Origin: Arenicellales bacterium
GTDB lineage: Bacteria; Pseudomonadota; Gammaproteobacteria; Arenicellales; JAJDZL01
Assembly: GCA_965220395.1 (NCBI GenBank)
Contig: CBDCPT010000001.1
Span: 430,401-494,400, forward strand
Length of the DNA: 64,000 nt
Direction: 5' to 3'
Of this stretch, positions 28,069 to 36,938 are shown one piece after another. The notes below the pieces were generated by a model. The model made no database searches. It worked only from the letters and a program-made list of their open reading frames with translations, and was not told where the DNA came from. The position numbers and the translations under genes are program-made. Position 1 is the first letter of the stretch, and every line of letters begins with the position of its first letter.

Positions 28069-29670
28069 TCAGAATTTATTACGAATGAACATATCTGTTT
28101 TTTCGTCAATTCTAGTTTGCGCCAATAATTTCAAGAATTCTATTTGATTAATACTCTTGCCAAAAAATTTTGGCTCTCCCTCAAATTCAATCGAAATATC
28201 ACCGCCAGCTGTCCCCGTTAAACCGTAGTTTCCGCCTTCTAGTATGATTTTTGTAGTTACACAGTTCCAATCTTGTTTTATTGCTAATTGAACGGCAATC
28301 GGTTCTCTTCTCTTATTCCAGCCAGAATCACCGACAAACAACTCTCGTAGTGAATAAACACGCAGTGGAGGATTACCAAGATCAATGCCAGAATCAGAAA
28401 TTCGGTGCGACATCTGTGCCATCCGGTGCGACACTGCTGTTTCAAAATTCGCTACGTTCCGAGTTGATATTTTTAATCCAAGCCAGCCTTCCCGAGCACC
28501 GAATAGTATTGAAGCGGCAAGCCAGTCCTGCTCTCCAAGTTTGCCATTGGAATGCTGGAATAATTTCCTGCAATCACTGTAGTTGAAGAATAAAATCAAG
28601 GCGCGAGCAACAGCGTACGGATGCCTTTTGAATGACTCTGTTACCGTACTGCTACCAAACCCAATCAGCTCTTCCAACGTCGTTCGAAGGTCTTCAATTC
28701 TTCGTTTCCAAATGTCGGGCTTGGAACCTGAAAAATGATCTAGAAAAAGAAGAATTCCGTCCTCTGGACTTCGCCCTGATTGAGAAAATTTTGATTGCAC
28801 AATTTGGCTTACGGCACCCCAGAACAGTTCGAATTCCGTATTGCCGCTAGATGCCGAACTGCTCTGCTGAATGCTAAGTTCTCCGTTTAGAGCCCAATTA
28901 CGAATGCAGTTGATGAATAGACTATCGTCGGATTTCTCAATTTCTGATTGCGCATCAAATGCGACTTGGTTAGCGCGGGTACAGATGTCTCCCATGTTGG
29001 CGATGTGAAACAGTGTTGCCATGATTCCGCCTGCCGCAAGTGGCGCTCCAAGCGGGACTTCGCGTGGGGGAAGTTCAATATTAGGAGGCCATGGATATCC
29101 TAAGCTTTTATCAAATAAGGTTTTGTTAGGACGCACGACCTTTGGCAGTTTAACATTGCTGTAGTCTCGAGATTTACTCCTGATCCCTTTTACGTCTTCC
29201 TGATTTCGGCAACGAACGCTCTTTATCCATGATGTTGGGAGTGGTGCGGGTACCAATATGAAGGTAACATCACTGTGAATTTCATCGGGATACTTAACTT
29301 CAAGAAATTGCGTATCGCGCACAATTCTGACCTCGCCGGACAATTGAGATAAATCAATCTCGACTAGACAAGGTATCAGGTGACTTGCTTCGATTGATGC
29401 AAGCTCAATAGCTTCCTTGTATACCATCTTGTCGAAAAAAAGAGGGATCCATCCTGGAAACGACACAAGGACATCCTTGTAATACTTCTCGCCGAATCCG
29501 CTTGGAGGCATCAACAATCCAGCCGCAAGCATGTAAAACAAATTCAAGTGATTGGTAGGCAGCCAGCCGACAGTAGACGTCTTTACCTTATCTGATTGCC
29601 CTGGTTCAAGAGTAGATTCAGATTGTGAATGTTTGAGTGCGAGGTTAAGTTGACTCATAAAGTTTGCCAC
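28069..29670 (-). CDS. Hypothetical 533-aa protein, last gene of the DrmAB-like operon; no recognisable domain
   Basis: Long uninterrupted ORF whose start overlaps the upstream stop by 16 nt. I could find no P-loop, HxK (PLD), DExx, HNH or methyltransferase motif by eye. Confidence 0.6.
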   Translation of the reverse strand: MANFMSQLNLALKHSQSESTLEPGQSDKVKTSTVGWLPTNHLNLFYMLAAGLLMPPSGFGEKYYKDVLVSFPGWIPLFFDKMVYKEAIELASIEASHLIPCLVEIDLSQLSGEVRIVRDTQFLEVKYPDEIHSDVTFILVPAPLPTSWIKSVRCRNQEDVKGIRSKSRDYSNVKLPKVVRPNKTLFDKSLGYPWPPNIELPPREVPLGAPLAAGGIMATLFHIANMGDICTRANQVAFDAQSEIEKSDDSLFINCIRNWALNGELSIQQSSSASSGNTEFELFWGAVSQIVQSKFSQSGRSPEDGILLFLDHFSGSKPDIWKRRIEDLRTTLEELIGFGSSTVTESFKRHPYAVARALILFFNYSDCRKLFQHSNGKLGEQDWLAASILFGAREGWLGLKISTRNVANFETAVSHRMAQMSHRISDSGIDLGNPPLRVYSLRELFVGDSGWNKRREPIAVQLAIKQDWNCVTTKIILEGGNYGLTGTAGGDISIEFEGEPKFFGKSINQIEFLKLLAQTRIDEKTDMFIRNKF

Positions 29671-30830
29671 CTTAGTATTCGTTCATCTTTTGGCAAAAAC
29701 TCATCAATCCATGATGCATGCGATTCACACATCAAAATCATAACGTCACTTCTCGCTCGAGCTACCATGACGTAGAAGAGTTTTCTAGTAAAATCAAGAT
29801 TGCTGAGTTTGTAGTTGTGTCTGTCGACATCTGCAAGAACAACTACATCAAATTCCAAACCTTTGCATGACTGAGCGTTGATTAACAGAATACTGCCTTC
29901 ATCATATGAAATTTGCTTCTCGCTGCCGGCAAAATATGTCTGAATCATGGGACAGCCATTGTCGAATTCAATGGAACCTGAATTCGCAAGGTCCTGTAGT
30001 GTTGAAAGATAATGTTCCCTAATTGAATTATTCGGCGTGATTACACCCACCAAATATTGTGGATTTCTGTCGACAAGCAACAGAATTCTTTTGGCAATAT
30101 CTTCAAACTTTTCTTCTTTGTATACATAAATTGTGGGGATTTTGCTACTGTCTAAGTCCGGTAGTTGTGGTGGTGGCGTTCCTATATCACTGGTACAAAA
30201 CCAATGTGCTAAATTCGCAATATGGTAACTATTTCTATAATTACGGCGTAGTTGGACCACTTCGCTATAGTCGATATCCAAGCAGTCAGTAATTTGCTGT
30301 CGACTGCTATTTTGATCTCCAATTTGCTGGTTTTGATCTGCCACGTCAAAAATATTTTCGAAACCAAATTCGTTCAATGATTCATAAAATTCCAGTGGCA
30401 TGTCTTGCCCCTCATCCATCAACAAATACAGCGCCTGAAAGTCCGTACTCGGCGGACATTCACCGATTCGGTTCAACACCTGTTTCCAATCTATAGGACT
30501 ATAGCCACTAACTGTCGGCGGCAACGTGGGGATTCTAGTTTTGGTGATTAGAGAAAACTGTTTTCTGAACCACCGGTCCCAAGTGTCTATGGCCAATGCT
30601 TTAGGATACATTTGAGTCATAAATTGTTTGAGAAGGTGGTTGTAAACAAGCAGCAAATACTCATCGTTGTTCGCTTGGTGTTTGAGGCAGCGGAGCAATG
30701 TCAGCACCGATTTGCCAGTACCTGGTCCACCGACTACCAGGTGCCGGTTTTCAGTTGGTCGAGCTAGAACAGTTTCTTGTTCTTTTGAGAGATCCTGAAT
30801 TCCCGGCAGCTCAAGTTTTCTTTTTGCCAT
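29655..30830 (-). CDS. Compact SF1 UvrD/DUF2075-like ATPase-helicase (391 aa)
   Basis: Walker A GGPGTGKS (nt 30708-30731), Walker B LLMDEGQDM, RRNYRNS, and the C-terminal SCKGLEFDVVVLADV / YVMVARARSDVMIL motifs of UvrD-like helicase C-domains. Confidence 0.75.
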   Translation of the reverse strand: MAKRKLELPGIQDLSKEQETVLARPTENRHLVVGGPGTGKSVLTLLRCLKHQANNDEYLLLVYNHLLKQFMTQMYPKALAIDTWDRWFRKQFSLITKTRIPTLPPTVSGYSPIDWKQVLNRIGECPPSTDFQALYLLMDEGQDMPLEFYESLNEFGFENIFDVADQNQQIGDQNSSRQQITDCLDIDYSEVVQLRRNYRNSYHIANLAHWFCTSDIGTPPPQLPDLDSSKIPTIYVYKEEKFEDIAKRILLLVDRNPQYLVGVITPNNSIREHYLSTLQDLANSGSIEFDNGCPMIQTYFAGSEKQISYDEGSILLINAQSCKGLEFDVVVLADVDRHNYKLSNLDFTRKLFYVMVARARSDVMILMCESHASWIDEFLPKDERILRWQTL

Positions 30831-30833
30831 AAC

Positions 30834-32639
30834 TCAATAATCAACGAATTCAAGTAAAGACTTAATTTGATCCGAATCGTTCTCCATAAACAGTGTTCGG
30901 TCCAGCAAATTATTCTGGCACGAACAGCTTGGTTCCGGTAACAGCATACAGGCATGACAGGCCGCATAATTCAGCAATTCCGGCCCATGCCCTTCCTGCT
31001 CGGAACAAACTGGGTCCATCGAACACCAGCTTGCTGCATCAAACGCTTTTTTCAATATTTGGATGAAATTAGAGGGTCTAGCCAATTCTACCAATCCGCC
31101 CAAGGTTCCTTCTTTGTCTGGAACAGCGATATAAATCAGTATGCCTGCTATTGAACTAGCTCCGGTTTGGCTGTAAATCCGCTCCTTGAGTGCGGAAGCT
31201 GGATAACCAGCGACGACTTCAAACTGTCGAATTAAGCTGTGCGATAGAGTGTGCAAAAGAATAAATCTTGCAGTTATGTCCTCGGGCTTTGGATACTTTA
31301 AGGTGCTTTGCTCAAAACGTTTCTGGAATGATTCTACTTTCTCCTTCAGTCTAGGCTGATTTTCCCAGCGTTGAAGCATTTTCTCATTCAATTCGAAGAA
31401 TACACCTTCACCGCGAAGCTCCAGGGCAGGAAGCCAGTCACATTCTCCGTTGATGTCAGGCGGCACATTTTCTCCGTGAACGCGTGTAAAACCAGTCAGG
31501 ACCTCAATCATTCTTAGTCGTTTAACAGCCACAAGTTTGGAAATAATGCCGGCAACCCTTTCCATATTGCGTTCTGTAGAATTCTTGAATCCGCCAAGTG
31601 GATAATTTTGGGTAACGAAATCCTCTCCTTCATCCAAATCAGGGATTTCATTAGTCAACGCCTTGTATTCGTCAACAACCAAATTACTGTGACTGAATGA
31701 TTTTCCAAATAACGGATACCCACTCTGAATATTTTCCCAAGCTTCTTCCACATCACTTTTGTTACATCTGAGCTTACTCGCAATGATGCGGAATGCGGAT
31801 TGAATTGAGCGCGGCTGTCTTGCCCGCCGAATTCTGTTTTGCATTTCTGAACTCGCATACAAACGATCAACAACTGTACCTCTGTGTATTCGAGACTCCG
31901 GTGGGATCACTAATGCTGATTTGTTGACCGAAGAATGAACACGTACGTCATTAATCTCCATCACCCATCCAAGTTGACCGTCAGTTTCATCCCCGACTTG
32001 CCGATTGTCCCAAGGCTGCTGCCAGCTGTTCTTTGGATAAAATTGCATCGTAACTTGAAATTTTGACCGGGACCTGCACTTGTTACAGTAAATTACCAGT
32101 CCCTCAGATTGAGTTGTCAAATGCAAATACGGTTTTTTCCAATCCGGATGACAACTCGATTCATTTTCATGTGCAGTATCGTGCCACGGGACATCTGCCA
32201 TGAAGCCTTTTTCGTGGACTAGAACCCAAGGAACCTGTTCAAGTTTTTGACCGCAAATTTTCCCCGATGTGGATTCTGCTTGGCATTTTGGTAATTTTCC
32301 GTTGTCCTGGTTTTTCCACGGCTGGTAATGCAGCAGACCACAGTTCGGGGATGTACACTGCATCCATTTTGGGAACCTTACAGTCGGTATCCAACCTGAA
32401 ACATATCCATTAATTTCCCTACGTATTGGAGGATGGCATAGTTTCTTTTCTGTCAAATCAAGCGCACTTTTGATTTGATCAACATATGGAATTTCAAGAC
32501 TCGACATTGATTCGCCGGGCCGAATCCAATACCGAATATCCTTGACGGTCATCAGGAAATCGGGACCGCGAAGGATTGCACCTACCGAACAATGTCTCAG
32601 TAAATGGGAATTTCTGATTTGAATGTATTCTTCATTCAT
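30834..32639 (-). CDS. DUF1998-domain protein (DrmB-like)
   Basis: N-terminus IRNSHLLRHCSVGAILRG, Cys-rich ribbons (CTSPNCG...CQAESTSGKICGQ; CNKCRSRS) and a C-terminal DUF1998 block LHTLSHSLIRQ...GILIYIAVPDKEGTLGGL...CSMDPVC...AACHACMLLPEPSCSCQNNLLDR. Confidence 0.75.
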   Translation of the reverse strand: MNEEYIQIRNSHLLRHCSVGAILRGPDFLMTVKDIRYWIRPGESMSSLEIPYVDQIKSALDLTEKKLCHPPIRREINGYVSGWIPTVRFPKWMQCTSPNCGLLHYQPWKNQDNGKLPKCQAESTSGKICGQKLEQVPWVLVHEKGFMADVPWHDTAHENESSCHPDWKKPYLHLTTQSEGLVIYCNKCRSRSKFQVTMQFYPKNSWQQPWDNRQVGDETDGQLGWVMEINDVRVHSSVNKSALVIPPESRIHRGTVVDRLYASSEMQNRIRRARQPRSIQSAFRIIASKLRCNKSDVEEAWENIQSGYPLFGKSFSHSNLVVDEYKALTNEIPDLDEGEDFVTQNYPLGGFKNSTERNMERVAGIISKLVAVKRLRMIEVLTGFTRVHGENVPPDINGECDWLPALELRGEGVFFELNEKMLQRWENQPRLKEKVESFQKRFEQSTLKYPKPEDITARFILLHTLSHSLIRQFEVVAGYPASALKERIYSQTGASSIAGILIYIAVPDKEGTLGGLVELARPSNFIQILKKAFDAASWCSMDPVCSEQEGHGPELLNYAACHACMLLPEPSCSCQNNLLDRTLFMENDSDQIKSLLEFVDY

Positions 32640-35600
32640 TGCATTTAAGCCAGCTCACACTTTCAATATTACGCATCGAATGCATAGTCTGCCAGACTCC
32701 GGTGCTGAATTCGTCAAAGTTGCTTAGCAGACTATCAGTCCCTTTATCATCAGCCGAATAGTGGATGCTTCTGTTTTGTGAACTGCATCTGACTGCTTCG
32801 TCGTGCCAGTGTTCGATAAGAGTTGTGATATCCGCATCTGTAAATTCGAATTCTTCATCACAAGCGCGCTGGAGCCGCTGTCTGAGCTCATCTACGACAG
32901 CCTTGATCTGACTATTGTTGCGGTTGAAGATTCCAGCCGCATCGTTTGAATTCATGGATTCTATTGCATGACGGACAGAAATAACCAAACCCGCGTGAAG
33001 AGCACGGTTGCGGACCTGCTTGGTAAACGGCGTGACACTTGTCGGTTCTACAAACCGGTAGAATGAATCATGGTAGGGGCGAAAATTCTCATAGTGGGAG
33101 AGACTTCTCGCTTGGTGGCGAAAATAGTTTACAAAAACCAAGCCAGGCACATCGCCTCGTCCCACCCTACTGGTTGCCTGAATATACTCTGCTGTTGTCA
33201 TCGGTTGACCGTGCACGATCATTACCGCAAGACGCTGTACATCAACACCTACCGAAAACATATTGGTTGCCAGGACTACATCCAGATAGTCTTTTTCATC
33301 GCGACGTTTTGAAAGCCGATCAAATGTCTTGTAATTCTCTGATGCTGAGGCAGCGCTGGTAAGTTGAACGATTTGCAAGTTATCCAGTCTGGAAGAATTG
33401 CTTTGAGTATTCGCGTTCTGTGCGAGTTCATCTGGCAAGGCCTTTTCATATAGTAGCCGTACGAGTTTTCGTATTTCCGTCATGTAATTGGTGTGGTTAT
33501 ATCCAACATCGCGCAGGCTGCGATGGTAAATCACTTGTGTCCACCAAGCTTCCAACAAATTTTCTTTGTCCACATCATCCAGAAACACCCTCTCTGGAGC
33601 CATCAACACTGCGGATGAGAGTGGAGACAAACAGGTACGCTGGTTGAATGAGTGTGTAAGATGCCCGATATATTTGCGTCCTGGTGATTCAGTATCCGTA
33701 TGAGCAAAGTATGAATCTTCACAAGACAGGCCAGGTGGCGGGAATACCGCTAACTTTCGGCCGTACAAGCGCTTTACTTGCTCCCGTGCCATGCTGATAG
33801 TTGCAGTCGAGGCAACATATTTTGGTTGAACGCCATTTCGAGTCAAAACGGTTTCCAACGCTGCTTCATAGAGACCGGCGACTGAACCGAGCGGACCGGT
33901 AATCAAGTGCAGTTCATCCTGAATGACTAACTCCGGCGGTCTCATTGCACCGTGATTCCCAAACAGTGAAACCGCCCTCCCTTCCCAAGCTAAGCGGGCA
34001 AATTTATCTACCGTTGCAATCAGCAAAGATGGCGGATTCGCATAGAGAGCTTCGTCAACGACGTTAGCTGGCAATCGCCTCTCAGGGTCTGATCCGAATT
34101 CGCAAATAGAATCTGAGCACTTAAATCCAATGAACCTGTCTTTCTCATACAAGTAACTGCCTTTATCGAATGGCGAATCGCACCATGGACACTTTTTCAG
34201 AATGAGTGAATCATACGGCAACTCTTCATTTTCAATTATTTTTTTAACTTCGGCATACGAATTGGGGGAAGTCTGCTTTCCGACCCATAAGCCTACGTCG
34301 AAGGGTTCAGTTCCAAGTTTTTCTGGATTGCTACGCCTTATTAATTCCAGCGCACACATCATGCGCACCGCGCGATTGAATTGATCAACTGTCAAAAGTC
34401 TCAACGAATAGCGCATTAATGCAACAGTACCTCCGCCAGAGTCTCCAAATTCCAATCTTCGCCACACTACAAGCAATGCAATCAAAGCAAGATATGCTTC
34501 TGTTTTTCCGCCTCCGGTAGGAAACCAGATTAAGTCCATCAAATCTCGCTCATCACTGTTCTCGTTAATTGTGGACTCAACAACCGCAAGTAGAAATGCA
34601 AGTTGAAACGGTCGCCAGCGATATTTTTTGGTTTCAGTGGATTGCTTGCTAACAGCATCTGCCCTGGCCATTTGATTCAGCATCGCCTGATTTGCCAGTC
34701 TGAACGACTCGGCTGCTCTAGGATTCGCGTTGAGCGTTTTTATTCCTCGACTCATGCGAGTTGCTGCGGAATTCATCTTGTCACATATTCGCATTGCTGT
34801 AATTCGCTCGAAGTCCTCGCGGAAACACTCTGATTGCGCAGCCTGTTTACGAATCCAATTTTTATACTCAGTAACAAAGTTGGTTAATTTTGATCTAAGG
34901 GAATTGTCCCAAACAGTTTCGGAAAGATAACGAATTTCAAGTACAGATTGTTCACATTGTTCATTGTGAACAATGTCAGGTACTGTGACCGCTGGCATAA
35001 ACTCGGTCCAAACTCGACCCAGCTTGCTAGATTCGACATTCCAGTCAACAGCAACACCATGGCCCACAGCGAAAATTTTTCTTTTTCGATATTGGATTTC
35101 AAAATCTTGTTCTTCTTCGGACAGCAAGTCGAAATCCACTCGCGGATATTCCAACAGTTTTCCAGCGTTTTCCGTTTTCTCAGATACAACTTGACATTGC
35201 ATTTCCGTCTCAAATAATGCACGCTCGTTGTGCAGCTTCTTCCATTCTCTAGGACCTTTGATGTTAGGCAATTCTTGACAATTACTCAGACTGATTGTAA
35301 TGACTTGGCCATTTTTGAATTGTCGAGAATGAACGTCAATACGCATAGAATCATTTGTTTTAGAGAATTGGTCTTCACGTAGGTGCAATGACTTCAAATT
35401 TGTTGATAAAGCCATTTTTGAGCGCTCATAGGTAATTTTCTCCGGCGGCAGGAATTTACCGTCATCATCGCGCAATTTTGGTGCCTTGTAGTGCACCGCA
35501 GTAGCATGAATTTCCAGTTCAATATCCCCGATTACGTAAATGGAAAATCCCATTGACGACGGCGGGACATATCTCCGTCTTCGAGCAGATTGAGCGAAAG

Positions 35601-35859
35601 GTTTGGCTTCGGAATCATCATCGAAATTGGACGACAGTTCACTCTCTTCATCGTCATACTGTGAAATTCCAGATTGTTCGAACTGACTATCAAGGGCGGG
35701 GTCAATGCCAGTTCCGACCAGATTGATCGGGTAGAGTATGCCAGTTGGATAGCGTTCCAAGGGCGTCACCCCACTAAGAACATTCTCACCGTCAGCTGGA
35801 CCAATCAATTGTGTCCGCACCCAATCTACCAGTTTGTCGCGTGGGTTGCTGTAATCCAT
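32632..35859 (-). CDS. DrmA-like SF2 DExH-box helicase (1075 aa)
   Basis: Motif I FPTGGGKTEAY (nt 34501-34521), motif II VIQDELHLI (DELH at nt 33907-33918), motif III ASTATIS, motif V ATNMFSVGVDV and motif VI QATSRVGRG. It also has an N-terminal region of about 440 aa of unknown function and a 4-Cys insertion (C557, C560, C581, C586). Confidence 0.8.
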   Translation of the reverse strand: MDYSNPRDKLVDWVRTQLIGPADGENVLSGVTPLERYPTGILYPINLVGTGIDPALDSQFEQSGISQYDDEESELSSNFDDDSEAKPFAQSARRRRYVPPSSMGFSIYVIGDIELEIHATAVHYKAPKLRDDDGKFLPPEKITYERSKMALSTNLKSLHLREDQFSKTNDSMRIDVHSRQFKNGQVITISLSNCQELPNIKGPREWKKLHNERALFETEMQCQVVSEKTENAGKLLEYPRVDFDLLSEEEQDFEIQYRKRKIFAVGHGVAVDWNVESSKLGRVWTEFMPAVTVPDIVHNEQCEQSVLEIRYLSETVWDNSLRSKLTNFVTEYKNWIRKQAAQSECFREDFERITAMRICDKMNSAATRMSRGIKTLNANPRAAESFRLANQAMLNQMARADAVSKQSTETKKYRWRPFQLAFLLAVVESTINENSDERDLMDLIWFPTGGGKTEAYLALIALLVVWRRLEFGDSGGGTVALMRYSLRLLTVDQFNRAVRMMCALELIRRSNPEKLGTEPFDVGLWVGKQTSPNSYAEVKKIIENEELPYDSLILKKCPWCDSPFDKGSYLYEKDRFIGFKCSDSICEFGSDPERRLPANVVDEALYANPPSLLIATVDKFARLAWEGRAVSLFGNHGAMRPPELVIQDELHLITGPLGSVAGLYEAALETVLTRNGVQPKYVASTATISMAREQVKRLYGRKLAVFPPPGLSCEDSYFAHTDTESPGRKYIGHLTHSFNQRTCLSPLSSAVLMAPERVFLDDVDKENLLEAWWTQVIYHRSLRDVGYNHTNYMTEIRKLVRLLYEKALPDELAQNANTQSNSSRLDNLQIVQLTSAASASENYKTFDRLSKRRDEKDYLDVVLATNMFSVGVDVQRLAVMIVHGQPMTTAEYIQATSRVGRGDVPGLVFVNYFRHQARSLSHYENFRPYHDSFYRFVEPTSVTPFTKQVRNRALHAGLVISVRHAIESMNSNDAAGIFNRNNSQIKAVVDELRQRLQRACDEEFEFTDADITTLIEHWHDEAVRCSSQNRSIHYSADDKGTDSLLSNFDEFSTGVWQTMHSMRNIESVSWLKCNE

Positions 35860-35928
35860 AAGGTTGTCGAGTCATTGAGTTCAAACTGAATAGTATATTT
35901 ATATCGTCAAATCAACATGAATCACTCT

Positions 35929-35946
35929 CTGATCAATTGATATCAG
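35929..35946. promoter_or_regulatory. Imperfect palindrome upstream of the helicase operon (possible operator)
   Basis: CTGATCAATTGATATCAG lies 70-87 nt upstream of the 35859 start codon. Confidence 0.2.
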
Positions 35947-36030
35947 CATTTCATTACTTATGATGCTTTATTTTCGCGGAGGTATCTATTTCACTACGCC
36001 GTTCGGGAACGTAGGTGACATCTCAGAAGG

Positions 36031-36061
36031 GTAAATAATAAAAAGCGGGACTCATGTCTCG
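36031..36061 (-). terminator. Rho-independent terminator-like hairpin (minus strand)
   Basis: On the minus strand, CGAGAC-ATGA-GTCCCG (36046-36061) is followed by CTTTTTATTATTT. It sits upstream of the helicase operon promoter region. Confidence 0.45.
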
Positions 36062-36326
36062 ATTAATATTCTGCCCGAAGGCGAACAACTGGGTTCTTGC
36101 GGAATCATGCTCCTAATTACTTTCTGAAGCGGCTTCAGTACTGCAAATTTTCTCGCAGGGCCGAGAAATGTCAATAAAACCAAGTGGCGAATCGGGTGTT
36201 TTCCGGTGTGTATAATTTTTATTCTTTCAACAATTTGGGATGTGCTTATTGAGGGAGTGTCGGTGCGGACTGGCTGGTACAATCGGCGTCGCAAGCAACG
36301 ACCACGGTACGATCTGCTGGATAGAT

Positions 36327-36355
36327 TTAGACTTGCAAGTTTGACTTGATATAAT
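36327..36355 (+). promoter_or_regulatory. Sigma-70-like promoter
   Basis: TTAGAC (36327-32), a 17-nt spacer, then a perfect TATAAT (36350-55), about 40 nt upstream of the 36397 ATG. Confidence 0.4.
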
Positions 36356-36396
36356 ACGCGCTGAAGTTCTTTTGCTTGGTTTTGGAGTTTGACACG

Positions 36397-36594
36397 ATGA
36401 CGAAGCACCTAAAAACGCCAGCATCTGTGGGTACGCAATCGAATCGGTTTGTTAAGGCAAGTCGAGATGATTCCCGAGTGCACGCCACTTCCGACAGGAA
36501 TGGTGAGCGTGCTGTAACCCCAACTTCCGAGCGAATCATCAGGGAGACCTCGGAGAAGCACCGAAAAGCCATGACAGTGTTAGCGAATCGGTAG
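36397..36594 (+). CDS. Candidate 65-aa basic small protein of unknown function
   Basis: The ATG at 36397 is preceded by GGAG at 36384-87 and the promoter above. It encodes MTKHLKTPASVG...SERIIRETSEKHRKAMTVLANR. I recognise no family. Confidence 0.35.
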   Translation: MTKHLKTPASVGTQSNRFVKASRDDSRVHATSDRNGERAVTPTSERIIRETSEKHRKAMTVLANR

Positions 36595-36938
36595 GCGGCA
36601 CTACAGAATCACGTGGGCCGACGCGGTTCGGGGCCATGAGGAAGCACTTCGAGATGGTGGAGGCGTGTGCGTTTGTTGCTGTAAGGGATGGAACCAACGT
36701 GGAGCAAGTAGGAGAGTTTATGGGAACGGCTTCTGCTTCGCCTTATTTGCACTGTCGTGCTTAATTAGGCAAGATGAAGGGTACTGGATTTTCAATCAGC
36801 AGAAGGCGGGAAAATTCAATCGGCAGTGACAAAACCACATCGGCCACTCAATTTCTGTCAAAGCAGACGAGTATTTCTTGTCATTCTTGAGTCGTTGACG
36901 CCGATAAATTTAATCTGGTCTGTTGAGTCGAGCGAAAC

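Noticed and set aside
34603-35222. Cluster of short ORFs antisense to, or out of frame within, the DrmA-like gene
   Set aside because: They lie entirely inside a 1075-codon ORF with a complete helicase motif set and have no RBS or recognisable sequence of their own.
28069-35859. Calling the operon a canonical DISARM system (class 1 or 2)
   Set aside because: Only the helicase and DUF1998 core is present. I could find no DrmC-type PLD (HxK), DrmMI/MII methyltransferase, SNF2 DrmD or DrmE-like gene in the operon or within about 10 kb, so the canonical label is not supported.
36052-36408. 118-aa minus-strand ORF in the large spacer
   Set aside because: It is extremely Arg/Lys-rich and low in complexity, and it overlaps the plus-strand promoter and small ORF. 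Only its 3' terminator-like hairpin seems meaningful, so I treat the region as possible ncRNA rather than a CDS.
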